Assembly: GCF_018977255.1 (NCBI RefSeq)
Contig: NW_024704742.1
Coordinates: 131,690,001 to 131,754,000 of the forward strand
Reading direction: 5' to 3'
DNA length: 64,000 bases
From: Callorhinchus milii
Taxonomy: Eukaryota
Shown: one piece after another, positions 26,151 through 36,405 of the stretch
Position numbering within the stretch: position 1 is the first letter of the stretch
Layout of the letters: the number at the start of each line of letters is the position of its first letter
Notes under the pieces: model-generated
Told to the model about the DNA's origin: nothing
Databases searched by the model: none
What the model saw: only the letters and a program-made list of their open reading frames with translations
Made by a program: the position numbers and the translations under genes

Positions 26151-26521
26151 TTATTAATTATTAATAGTTATTATCAAATGTGTGGATTATTATTTATTAT
26201 TATGTATTTTCACTGCATTTATAACCATTGATTATACTACCTGTCTTGGTATTGACAGTGAGGAGTCTTTTTTTTTCTAAAACTAAAATTTTTGACGTGC
26301 ACTAGACCTGACAAGGTCAAAATATCTTGTTGAAATTTGCACAGACACAACATATTTAGATTCTGTTTCAATCTGGTCCAGTGTAATGTAATAACAGTGG
26401 AAGAAATCCACCCTTTTGCACAGACAAAAGACTCACAGAAGCTGTCATTCAATGTGAAACATGCAACATTTTATAGTGGATTCAATGGGCTAATTATCCG
26501 ATTTCTGCAGGTCTAATGGGC

Positions 26522-26975
26522 TTGGAGTCCTGTAGAGCGTATTGGTTAGAGCACTTGCTTCACAAGGGAGAGGGACCTGAGTTTGATTCCCGGGCGGACA
26601 AAACCTTATGCAGGATTCCTTACTCTACACACCTCTGTTTACCTAGCAGTAAGTAGGAGCCCGGGTCTTAGTCGATTGGTGGATTGCTTTTCAGAGGTAA
26701 TAATCTCATCAAAAAAATAATAATAATAATAATTAGGTCACTCAATCCACACTGCTGGGCCCAATTGGCTTTTTCCGCCCACAAAATATACAGTTAATTC
26801 ACTTTAGACATGACAGAGTCAACATATCTTGTTGATATTTACAAGTGCTGTTCACAGCGCTTCACAGAATATTCACTTATTCCGCTTCACTTATTCCGTG
26901 AAGCGCTTTGAGACGTCTCAATGACATAATAATTCACTATATCAATTGCTATGCAAGGATTACTATTTATTATTA
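26522..26975 (+). mobile_element. Ala-SINE long subfamily with a complex internal insertion (26805-26897)
   Basis: Full head and body; the tail is interrupted after TTCACTTT. Confidence 0.85.
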
Positions 26976-27559
26976 GGTTTATAGAAATTGAAACATTGAG
27001 TTAAAGTTTGCAACATTTCATAACATGTCCCTGGTATATCTCACGAAACATGTTATCAAACACCTTTACCCCATTGCACCTTTATTTGCTCATTGGTCAC
27101 ATCTTGTAATGACTGTTTGGTTCGGTCTGTGTTCCCTTATCATTATCTGAGTGAAACATGATGCTGAATAGGTTTGGTAAAGGAGATTAAATCACCTCAA
27201 GTCTTTTTAGTGAAGAAAATTCCAACTGCGATTGCTGAAATTACAGCTGTTAAATTCACTTATTAAGCTTTTTCTACCAAATCTTTGTCCAAATGGCAGG
27301 GCAGTGAGCTTCAATTGGGGATGAAAGTGACATTGCTTAGTAGGAAATAGACACAGGTAAATCACAGTAGCAATTAAAAAAAATGTTTAGTCAAAGAAAC
27401 TGCATAGCTAAATAAAATAAATCCAATCTAGTTGAAATAGAACATTAGGAGGACAAATTTGCAGTGTTTCTTAACGGGATTTCTAAATAAAGGATCACTC
27501 TATAATTCCTGTTAACAACAACAATAAACATCCACACACACAAACTCATGGAATCCTAA

Positions 27560-28045
27560 ACTCCACCACCTACATCCTCACCCACGCCAAATTCTGCAAA
27601 TCTATCACCCCGTTCTCACCAATCACCTGGCTTCTTATCTCCCAGGGGATCAATTTCAAGATCCTCACTCTCACCTATAGATCCTTCATTCCTCTGGCAC
27701 CTCCTTATCTCTCTGATCTCCTCCTACCCTACTATTCTGCCTGCTCGCCCAATCCACTCAGCTAACTCAGACTTGCTGTGTGTCCCCTACTCTCTCTGCG
27801 CCACCATCAGTGGCCGAGCCTTCAGTTACTAAGCCCCTAACCTTTGAAACTCCCTGCCTCTATCATTCTGCCAAGTTACTGCCTTTCTGTACATTCCACC
27901 TCAAATCTTATCTCTTTGAATGTGTCTCCAGACACCTCCCTCTCCTTCCCCCTCTCTTTTGCTCAGTGTCCCAGTCATTGTAAAGTGCTTTGAGACATTA
28001 CCCCACATGAAAAGCGCTATAGAAATGTAGGTCATTTGTTGAGGT
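27560..28045 (+). mobile_element. Older L2 3' fragment
   Basis: WLLISQGINFKILTLTYRS..LAPPYLSDLL, then tail AAGTGCTTTGAGAC..ATGAAAAGCGCTATAGAAATGTAG. Confidence 0.8.
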
Positions 28046-28424
28046 TGAATACCGACCGGTTGCCGGAAATGGATCTCTGTTTGGGAGACTCAGATTCCTT
28101 TTTAACAGAATCTTGTCAAGAAACCCCGCAAAATGAGACCTGAATATTTTCCAGATAAGAATACTCAAATTTGACTGTGAAAAGGCTACATTTCAGGATT
28201 TATTTGGAGGACAGACCTTGATACAAAGTGCTAGATTTTATCGAGCAGTAGATTCTATGTTGATGAAGAAACGTGTCATTTCTTTAGTACGTGATCTTGT
28301 CCTGCGTTAGGATAATACAACAAACAACAACATTTGGAATTTATGTAGCACCTTTCGAGCAGGGTAGCCTCTCGAAACGGGCAAATAAAATAATGCTTAA
28401 ATAACATAATGCTCAGAAATTTAT
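27745..28424 (+). repeat. Direct duplication, copy A (copy B at 39908-40677)
   Basis: Colinear match that includes ~380 bp downstream of the L2 tail, e.g. GAAATGGATCTCTGTTTGG, GAATCTTGTCAAGAAAC, AATGCTCAGAAATTTAT. Confidence 0.93.
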
Positions 28425-28899
28425 GTAGTAGTATTTACAATTTGTGTGACCGAGAATGTGCAAGAAATCTTAAAAAAGGGAGGGGGAGAGGCGGTCTTGG
28501 AAAAATACGTTGCAACTCTTGAGAAAAAACAGAGTGTTGTGATTGCTGCAAAGGAAGCACTATTTTCACACAGTGTCTGTGTGAAGGGGTGGGGGGGGGG
28601 CAATGAAGGGAGGAAAGAGGGGAGGAGGAAATATTGTCTTTGTGCGTTGGTTATAAAACATTGAACAAACTCATTGACTGGAGAAAGTGAAGTGAATTTT
28701 CAGCGCTTTGGGACATCCTCGTGACGTGAAAGACGCTCTATAAATGTAATTTTGTCGTTGTTGTTGTTGTTGCTGAATATCAGATTTCCCTCTATTCCCA
28801 AAATGTTTGGGTCCATGCACTGCGGAAGCAGATAGTAGCCTCCTTTAACTGGCTTTGTGATCCGCAGACAGACCGACAGACAGACCGACAGACAAACAG

Positions 28900-29045
28900 A
28901 GCGCATGCAGCACAGGAACATGCAACATTTACCTCATTGTGTAACTGACAGCCATGCGCGCTCCCTTGGCACCGTCTCACACAAGCAAACCTCAGCACCA
29001 GCCAACAGCGAGCACCTTTAACACCGTACCCATGACAACGTTACA
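28900..29045 (-). promoter_or_regulatory. Candidate promoter and first exon (RFX X-box, NRF1-like sites, splice donor)
   Basis: X-box-like GTTGTCATGGGTAC at 29026-29039; GCGCATGCAG at 28901 and CATGCGCG at 28953; minus-strand cgcATGG at 28955 and donor GAG/GTAAAT at 28933/28932; locally CpG-retaining. Confidence 0.35.
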
Positions 29046-29867
29046 TCCTCCAGTGCCCGCACACTATCCCGATGCCTTCAGAGTAGCTGGCTTCTGCCAG
29101 CACCTGCCGCAAAAACATCCAGCCTTGTCAATGTTTTGTAAAGTAGAGAATCCTAATCCCACTGGATCGTTGGGTATTTTAGGAGACGCACAAACTAATT
29201 TCTTGCAGGAGATTCCTTTCTATGCTCAAAGTGGTTGCTTTATTGAGCCTGCAGGGCTACACCAGAGCTTAAACCCGGGGGCAGGAAGAACACACAAAGC
29301 TCAGCGAGTAAAAGCTATTATGATAGCTTGACCTGGCATTTCTGTTGTTTGATGGACTAAAAATTCCAACTCGGAGACACCCTCTCTCTCCCTCCTTTTA
29401 TGAATAAAATATGAGTCATCTTTTTAAGAGCAAAGAGCCAACATTTAGAAATATCAGAAATTGGAAACAATAAAAAAAAGCGCAAATTTACACTGACACA
29501 GCACTTTTCATGTCACCAAGACATCCCAAAGGACTAGTAACAGGACTAGTGAGAGCCGAGGAAGGTGGGGAGGGGATAGATGTCCGAAAACACAGTCAAA
29601 GAGGAAGGGAATATATTCAGATGCGACATTAAAATGAGGTCCCATCTGCCTATTCAGGTGGCTGTTTCATTCGGCGTCCTGACCAACAATCCCCTAGATT
29701 AAAGGAAATGGTCATTAACCTCATGGATGTTTGTGGAACATTGCTGTGGGCAAAATTGTTTGCTGTGTTTGTCTGCAAAATTCACAGATTATTATTATTA
29801 TTCCTGGAACAGTTTGGGGAGAAAGTTCCACTGGAGAACAGAGGTGAGGTAGCTGAAATCTCGTTCT

Positions 29868-30615
29868 CAACAACAACAACAACAAGATTCCATTTATAAA
29901 GCGCCTTTCTCGTCAGGAGGACGTCCCAAGGCGCTGCACAGTTGGGTCATGACCCGAGCAGGGGGGAAATGGTCAGGAGGGTGAGGGGAGCGAAGGGAGG
30001 GAGCGAGGAGGGGGAAGAGAGTCGAGAGGGGAGCTGAAGGCACGGTCAAAGAGAAAGGTTTTGAGACCGGCCTTGAAGGAGGAAAGGGAGGAAGCAAGGC
30101 GAAGGCACTGGGGGATGGAGTTCCAGAGCCTGGGGGCTGAGAGGCTGAAGGCCCGACCACCGATGGTAGGGCGGTTGGGGCGGGGGACGTGGAGCAGACC
30201 AGAGCCAGAGGAACGGAGGGTACGGGCAGGTAGGTAGGGGGATAGTAGGTTGGAGAGATAGGAGGGAGCAAGGCCGTGAATGGCCTTGTAGGTGAGGATG
30301 AGGATCTTGAAATCAATCCTCTGGGGGATGGGGAGCCAGTGGAGACGAGCGAGGGTGGGAGTGATGTGGTCCCGAAGCCTGGTGCGGGACAGTACACGAA
30401 CTGCAGAGTTCTGAATGACCTGCAGCTTGTGGAGGGAGGTGCCGGGAAGGCCGGCGAGGAGAGAGTTCCCATAGTCCAGCCTTGAGGTGACAAAGGCGTG
30501 GACCAGGGTTTCAGCCGCGTGAGGGGTGAGGTAATGCCGTAGTCTGGCGATGTTCCGAAGGTGATGGAAGGCGGTGCCAGTTGTGGTGCGGATGTGAGGG
30601 AGAAAGGACAGCTCC
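29868..30615 (-). mobile_element. L2 LINE 3' ~750 bp, young, with an uninterrupted ORF2 C-terminus
   Basis: ORF 29973-30647: AFHHLRNIARLRHYLTPHAAETLVHAFVTSRLDYGNSLLAGLP...LHWLPIPQRIDFKIL...RAFSLSAPRLWNS; CpGs retained; (GTT)n tail. Confidence 0.95.
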
Positions 30616-31909
30616 CATAGGGGAGTGGAATGGGTCATGTACCGCAAATCTCATTGCACTCCTTCCCATATACTTTAAAAGAGTTTTTCTGGTGTCCTGG
30701 CAAAAAATTCCCTAAGGTGGACATAAGCACAAAAGGCAGCTTGTGAAATTGGAGTCTAACACAGTGGTGAATGTTCAGCAATTTGAAACAGTCATACGAA
30801 CAGTGTCCTTAATTAGTGTCTTGAAAACCCAATCGGTGTCTAATTGGTTTAGGTTCACAAGAGAGGTTAGGATCATCTTTCCCTTCCCCACCTTCCTTGT
30901 CTCCCATCCCCATCTCAAGTGCCCAGTCACTTCTGTTAAGCACTTTGAGATGTCCTCCAGACTTGAAAGGTGTTATGTAGTTGTAAATTGTACTATATTA
31001 GCTGTAGTGGAGGCTTGTGTGGAGAATACACATCAGCATGGACCAGCTGGGTCCAATGTCCTGTTTCCGTGCTGCTACCATCATAATATGTAATTATTAA
31101 TAATGAGAAGACTCACATTTGTTATTGAGCCTTTTACGTGGGGAAGACATTGCAAAGAGCTTCACAGGATTCGCTGTAAACTGTAGTTACTGTGTAGTTG
31201 GGTAGACGAACACATTACAATCATATTACAATCTTATACATCAGATTACGTATAATATGTAATTCCCAGGTGTCCATTATTCTCTACACATTTATTTTCA
31301 CTGTTTTGTTTTTGCACAGAGCCTTTTTGACATCTACTTTGTGAGTTATTTGCAACATGATGAAGTGTAACAAACTGTCCTAGGTCAAGGTGATGCCATG
31401 CAATAAAACAAATGTTCTAGATGATTATGATAGGGAACATAACAGATTGTTCTCTATTAATGTTAATTACATAAAACAAAAGAACATACGAAAATATGAA
31501 ATGCGAAAATGCCGTTGAGCCCATTTCTTTCCTTCCGACACAGAGGTACATAAGTAATATTGTCTGAATTTGATTTCATGCCTTATCATGTTGAAACATC
31601 TCAAAGTGCCTGACACAATGAGTTATTTTGATGTGTGCTGACCGCTGCTATTAAGCGACCCAGCCTCTAATCTTCGCCACCAATGCCTTATCAAGCGCAA
31701 TAAGATGGATGAGGGAGAAATATTGGCCAGAACACTGAGAGAATTCACAGTTCTTCTTCAAGATAGTATTATAAGATTTTAACAATCACCCAACTCACCA
31801 GAACAGGCAGACAGTTCTTTGGTTTCAAGCCTGATGCAAAGGACCTCACATCTAACAATGGAACACTGCAAAGGAGTATTTGCTTGCATTATGAACTCAA
31901 TATTAGATT

Positions 31910-32330
31910 GTGTCAGTCTGGTGCAGTGGTAGCTCTCTCGCCTCCAAGTCAGAAGGTTGTGGGTTCAAGCCCCACATTGTGTCTTGGAATCACATTGTCG
32001 AGGCTGACACTCCAATGTAGTGCTAAGCTGCATTGTCGGAGGTGCCATCCTTCAGATGAAACATTTAACTGAAGCCCTGTCTGCCTGTTCAGGTGGATGT
32101 TAAACATTCCATATTTGGAAAGTGAAAGGAGTTTATCCCGGTGTTCTGGCCAATAAACCCCCAAATAAAATTGGTCACTCACTTAATGGCTGTTTGTGGG
32201 ACATTGCTGTGCAGAAATTGGCTGCTACATTCACTCATACAGTCACTGCGCTTTACAATATATTTGTGAAGTAATTTGAGATTTGATGAATAATAAGGCG
32301 TTATATCAAATGCAAGTATTAATATTATTA
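31910..32330 (+). mobile_element. Deu-domain SINE, full length
   Basis: Uninterrupted head (TGTCAG...GGCTGACAC), core and tail; best local reference copy. Confidence 0.88.
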
Positions 32331-33104
32331 TACTTCTACAAATCATTCATTTAATAAATGAACTACAAATAATGCTACAAATAATCCTTGCATTTGATAT
32401 AGTGCCTTATCATGTTCAAAAGTCTCAAAGTGCTTCACAAAGTGCAGTGACTGTGCATTTTGGCAGTCAATTTGCACCCAGCAATGTCCCACAAGTAGCC
32501 ATGATGTGAATGACTAATGTTTGACATAACCACAGAGCAATGCATCACTGAATTTAGTGAAATATATTCTTACTAACAACTAGAGACAGAAAGAGAAAGA
32601 ACAGGGGAGAAGAGCGGTTGAAGCCAAAAGGAACAAGCTATTCTTCAGCAAATAAAGCTCTTAGCAAAGTGGGTTATGATCTATCCTGCAACTTATCAAC
32701 TAAAACCTCTTCAGTCTGCCCTTACAAAGATAACTTCCTTCCTTTAGTCCCTTTCTTGAATGTTCGTCACGGCAATAGCTGGCTGGTGAGAGGTTTGGCT
32801 CAGTTGACAACATTCTTGCTATTGAGGCAGATCAAATGGTGGGGCGGGCAGGGCTGGGGACATGGAACAGGCCTGAGCCTGCTGAGCGGAGGAAGTGGAC
32901 AGGTTGATAAGGGGTTAGCAGGTTGGAGAGGTAGGAGGGGGCAAGGCCCTGGAGGGCCTTCATGGTGAGGACAACAATTCTGAACTTGAAGATAAAGTTG
33001 TGGTGCTGTCCTTCAGATGAGATATTTCGTTTCAGGTTCTATCTTTGGTTCGGGAAGTTTCAAATCAAGCTCTAGAGAGCAAGTTTCATGGCATGTTTCC
33101 TAAC

Positions 33105-33840
33105 GTTAGGACTTTGAAGCCACATAGTCTAGGCTGACACTCCAATGCAACGTTGTGGGAGCGCTGCATTGTTGGAGACAACATCCTTCCAATTAAACAT
33201 TAAAACTGAGGTCCTTCGTGCCTGTTCAGGTCAATGTTAAAGATCCTATGGTACTATTGAAAAAGAGAAGGGTTATGGAGTCCTGTAGCTCAGTGGTGAG
33301 AGCACTCACCTCGCAAGTGAAAGAGCTGGGTTCAATTCTCGGCAGGGCAAGTTTTTTGGGCAAGTTTCCTTACTCCACAAGCCTCTGTTTACCTAGCACT
33401 AGTTGCAACCCAGTTGTTAGTCAATTGTTGGATCGCTTTTCCTTAAAAAATAATAATAAATTGGCCACTTCAATCCATGACTGTTTGTGGGACATTGCTG
33501 TGAGCAATTAGCTCCCGCGTTTCGCCCACAAAATATACAGTCAATTCACTTTACAGTATATTCTGTGAAGTGCTTTGAGACGTATTGAAGACGTGATAAG
33601 ATGCTATATCAAATGCAAGGATTCTTCTTATTATTATATTGTTGTCCAGTGTCCTGACCAACAATCCCCTGGATTACAAATTGTTCAGGCACTTCATGGT
33701 TGCGTGAGGGCAAAGCTATAAGCAAATGGGCTATGTTTGCCTGCAGTCCTGTGTTTGCTTGCAGTAACTACAGCAAATCTCTGATGGGCTCTTTAAGTTG
33801 ATAAAGTGATACAGGAAATACAAAGATTTTATTATTATTA
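33105..33840 (+). mobile_element. Deu-domain SINE hosting a full long Ala-SINE (33276-33636)
   Basis: Host breaks after GGTACTATTGAAAAAGAGAAGGG and resumes CCAGTGTCCTGACCAAC. Confidence 0.85.
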
Positions 33841-34384
33841 TCCTGTTTAACCCAAAAAAGCTGCAGTAAATGTTTTATTGGATTCGTGGGCTTAGATTCT
33901 GTTCTGGTTGTCGCAGCCACATTGTGATGTCAATGGCCAACATGCTCTGTAAAATGCCTGCTGTTGATTCTCTCTGAAGATTATTGCCTGCTGTCATTAT
34001 TTTGGTGCCAAATGTAAAGCCATTTCCACACAGATAATCGTCTTCAGCCAGTTTCCCCTGTAATGATTTAACTCACGTGTACATTAAATGACTGCAGACA
34101 ATATGTAAGCATACACAATGGAATCTTGTCATGCCCCGTAAGTTGTGACAGCAGGGGAAAAATAGATGCACATAAAAAACACCGATAAGAATAAAGCAGG
34201 AGGCTACAGCACAATCACAGACTACTGTGGGGAAGAAAAGACTTTGAATGCAAAGGGCTCTGTCGCACTTGATAGATTTCCACTATTTTGTCGCAGAAAT
34301 TTAGCACTGCATCGCAGAGGGGTGAAAAATGATGAGAAGTGCTATTTGTGATTCGGTCTTTAAATTAAATGAAAATATAAGAAT

Positions 34385-34740
34385 ATAATAATAATCCTTG
34401 TATTTCATATAGCACCTTATCACGTAGTTGATAAGAATATACTGTAAAGTGTATTGACTGTATATGTTGTTGGCGAAATGCTACAGCCAATTGCACACAG
34501 CAGTGTACTACAAACTGTCGTGGATTGAGTGACCAAATTGTTATTTTTTTTCAAGGGATTATTACTCCTAGAAAAGCGATTCGCCAATCGACTATCAATC
34601 GAGTTCCTACTTACTACTAGGTAAATAGAGACGTGTGGGGTAAGGAAACTTCCCTAAGATTTCGATCTTGCCTGGGAATCAAACCCGAATCCTCTCGCTT
34701 GCAAAGCGAGTGTTCTAGCCAATTCGCTTCGGGACTCCAC
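34385..34740 (-). mobile_element. Ala-SINE long subfamily, full length
   Basis: Tail at 34385; head ends GGACTCCAC at 34740. Confidence 0.88.
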
Positions 34741-35114
34741 ATTAGATTAAATTAATGATTGGCTTGCATCTCAACACCTCCTCCACGATGCCCTCCCCTC
34801 AGCACAATAATTTGTCCTGAAGATGGACGAAACGTCAGACCATCATTCTCCTGGAGACTAGACTATGCTTGCCACAGTATTGCCAACTTCTTATCTAGGG
34901 ATTCCATTAGAAGTCACATGGACCTGCGGAATCTCCACTCTGGAAGTAAATCAGATAGACTCCCCATTTCCTTATTAAGAAATCCTGTAAGAATCCAATG
35001 AATCCACTGAATATTACCCCCGACCTCCTCCCAATGCGTTCTCCTTTATTGCTAAAGGCTTCCATGTATATTTCCTGCAGGAGGCAATAAGCCTGCGAGT
35101 GAGCAAATTAATAT

Positions 35115-35860
35115 GATAATAAGAATCCTTGCATCTGATATAGCGTTAGCCTTTCACAACAGGAGGATGTCTCAAAAGACTTCACAGGATTTAATAAAGT
35201 ATAGTAGCTATGTATTTTATAGGCAAATATGGCAGTGAATTTGGACACACAAATATCCTACAAACAGCCATGGAGAGAATTACCAATTTGGGGTTTTTAT
35301 TTGGGGATTGTTGGCCAATATACCAGTATTATAATAATAATGATAATAATAATAATATAACAATAATAATAATAATAATCCTTGCAATTGATATAGCGTT
35401 TTTCACATCTTCTAGACATCTCAAAGCGCTTCACGGAATATACTGTAAAGTGAATTGACTGTATATCAGGGCGAAACGCAGCAGCCAATTGCACACAGCA
35501 ATGTCCCACAAACAGTCGTAGATTGAAAATGACCAATTTATTATTATTTTATTTTGGAGGGATTATTATTAGGCGTGTGGAGTAAGGAAACTGGTCCAAG
35601 GTTTCGCCCTGCCTGGGGTTGAACTCAGGTCTCTCACTTGCAAGGCGAGTGCTCTAACCACTGAGCTACAGGACTCCATTCTCTTTTCGAACTGTGCCAT
35701 CGGATCTTGAACATCCACCGGAACAGCTAGTCGGGAGCTCTGTTTTTCAATCTCATCAGAAGGACAATTTCAATGCTCCCACCACCGCAATGGAATATCA
35801 GCCTGGATTATGGGAGTTCAAAGTAATTCAGAGGCAAGAATGCTAACAAATTGAGCCAGT
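35115..35860 (-). mobile_element. Deu-domain SINE hosting a full short Ala-SINE (35330-35678)
   Basis: Host breaks after GGCACAGTTCGAAAAGAGA and resumes CTGGTATATTGGCCAAC (element orientation). Confidence 0.85.
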
Positions 35861-36239
35861 CTCTATTTATATGTGAGGGATGCTATTATATATATCCATT
35901 TTAAATCCACAAAGAATGCAATATATGCACAAGTAAATCCGTTGAATATACCCTGACCCACTCCTAATGTGCTCTCCTTCATTGCTAAAAGCTTCTATAT
36001 ATATTTCCTGCAGGAGGCAAAGTTTTATACAACATTGCGTCATTGCTTCTGCATAATTGTTTGCCGCAGGCTATTAGACCGTCTCTGTCACTTTTGTCTC
36101 CCTGGGTGAGAGGAATTATTGATAAATCCACTCTAGCCTGTGCTGCTGCCATTTCACAGTGGTTTGGGTTAGTTACCCAGATTTATAGAGAATATAGTTT
36201 AATTATACACACACACACACACACGTGTATGTGTGTTTT

Positions 36240-36405
36240 GCTGCTGTCATTACAGTCAATGCAGAGATAAATTATTGCTGTAAAATGTTTTGCTTCAGAT
36301 GCATTTGTTGCATGTTTTAGTTGCCAATCAATATTCTGATTGGATTTTTGATTGATGGACGTTTTATGATTACAGTCTAGGTCACAAGTTCAAATCTGTC
36401 ATTCA
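36240..36405. promoter_or_regulatory. Candidate enhancer with a Pbx-Hox site and Meis sites
   Basis: TGATTGATGG at 36349-36358; CTGTCA at 36244 and 36396; TTTATGA at 36363; non-repetitive context. Confidence 0.35.

Noticed and set aside
28259..28280. TTGATGAAGAAACGTGTC hammerhead-like string (also about 40514)
   Set aside because: No C3, no stem II and no stem I pairing.
28954..29331. 125-aa plus-strand ORF
   Set aside because: No recognisable domain or splice context; overlaps the candidate minus-strand promoter; length is compatible with chance.
35600..35678. tRNA-Ala(TGC/CGC) genes (also 58255-58329, 33276-33350 and others)
   Set aside because: They fold into a near-complete cloverleaf but lack the G3:U70 Ala identity pair and a 1:72 pair, and run straight into the SINE body with no oligo-T terminator, so they are SINE heads.
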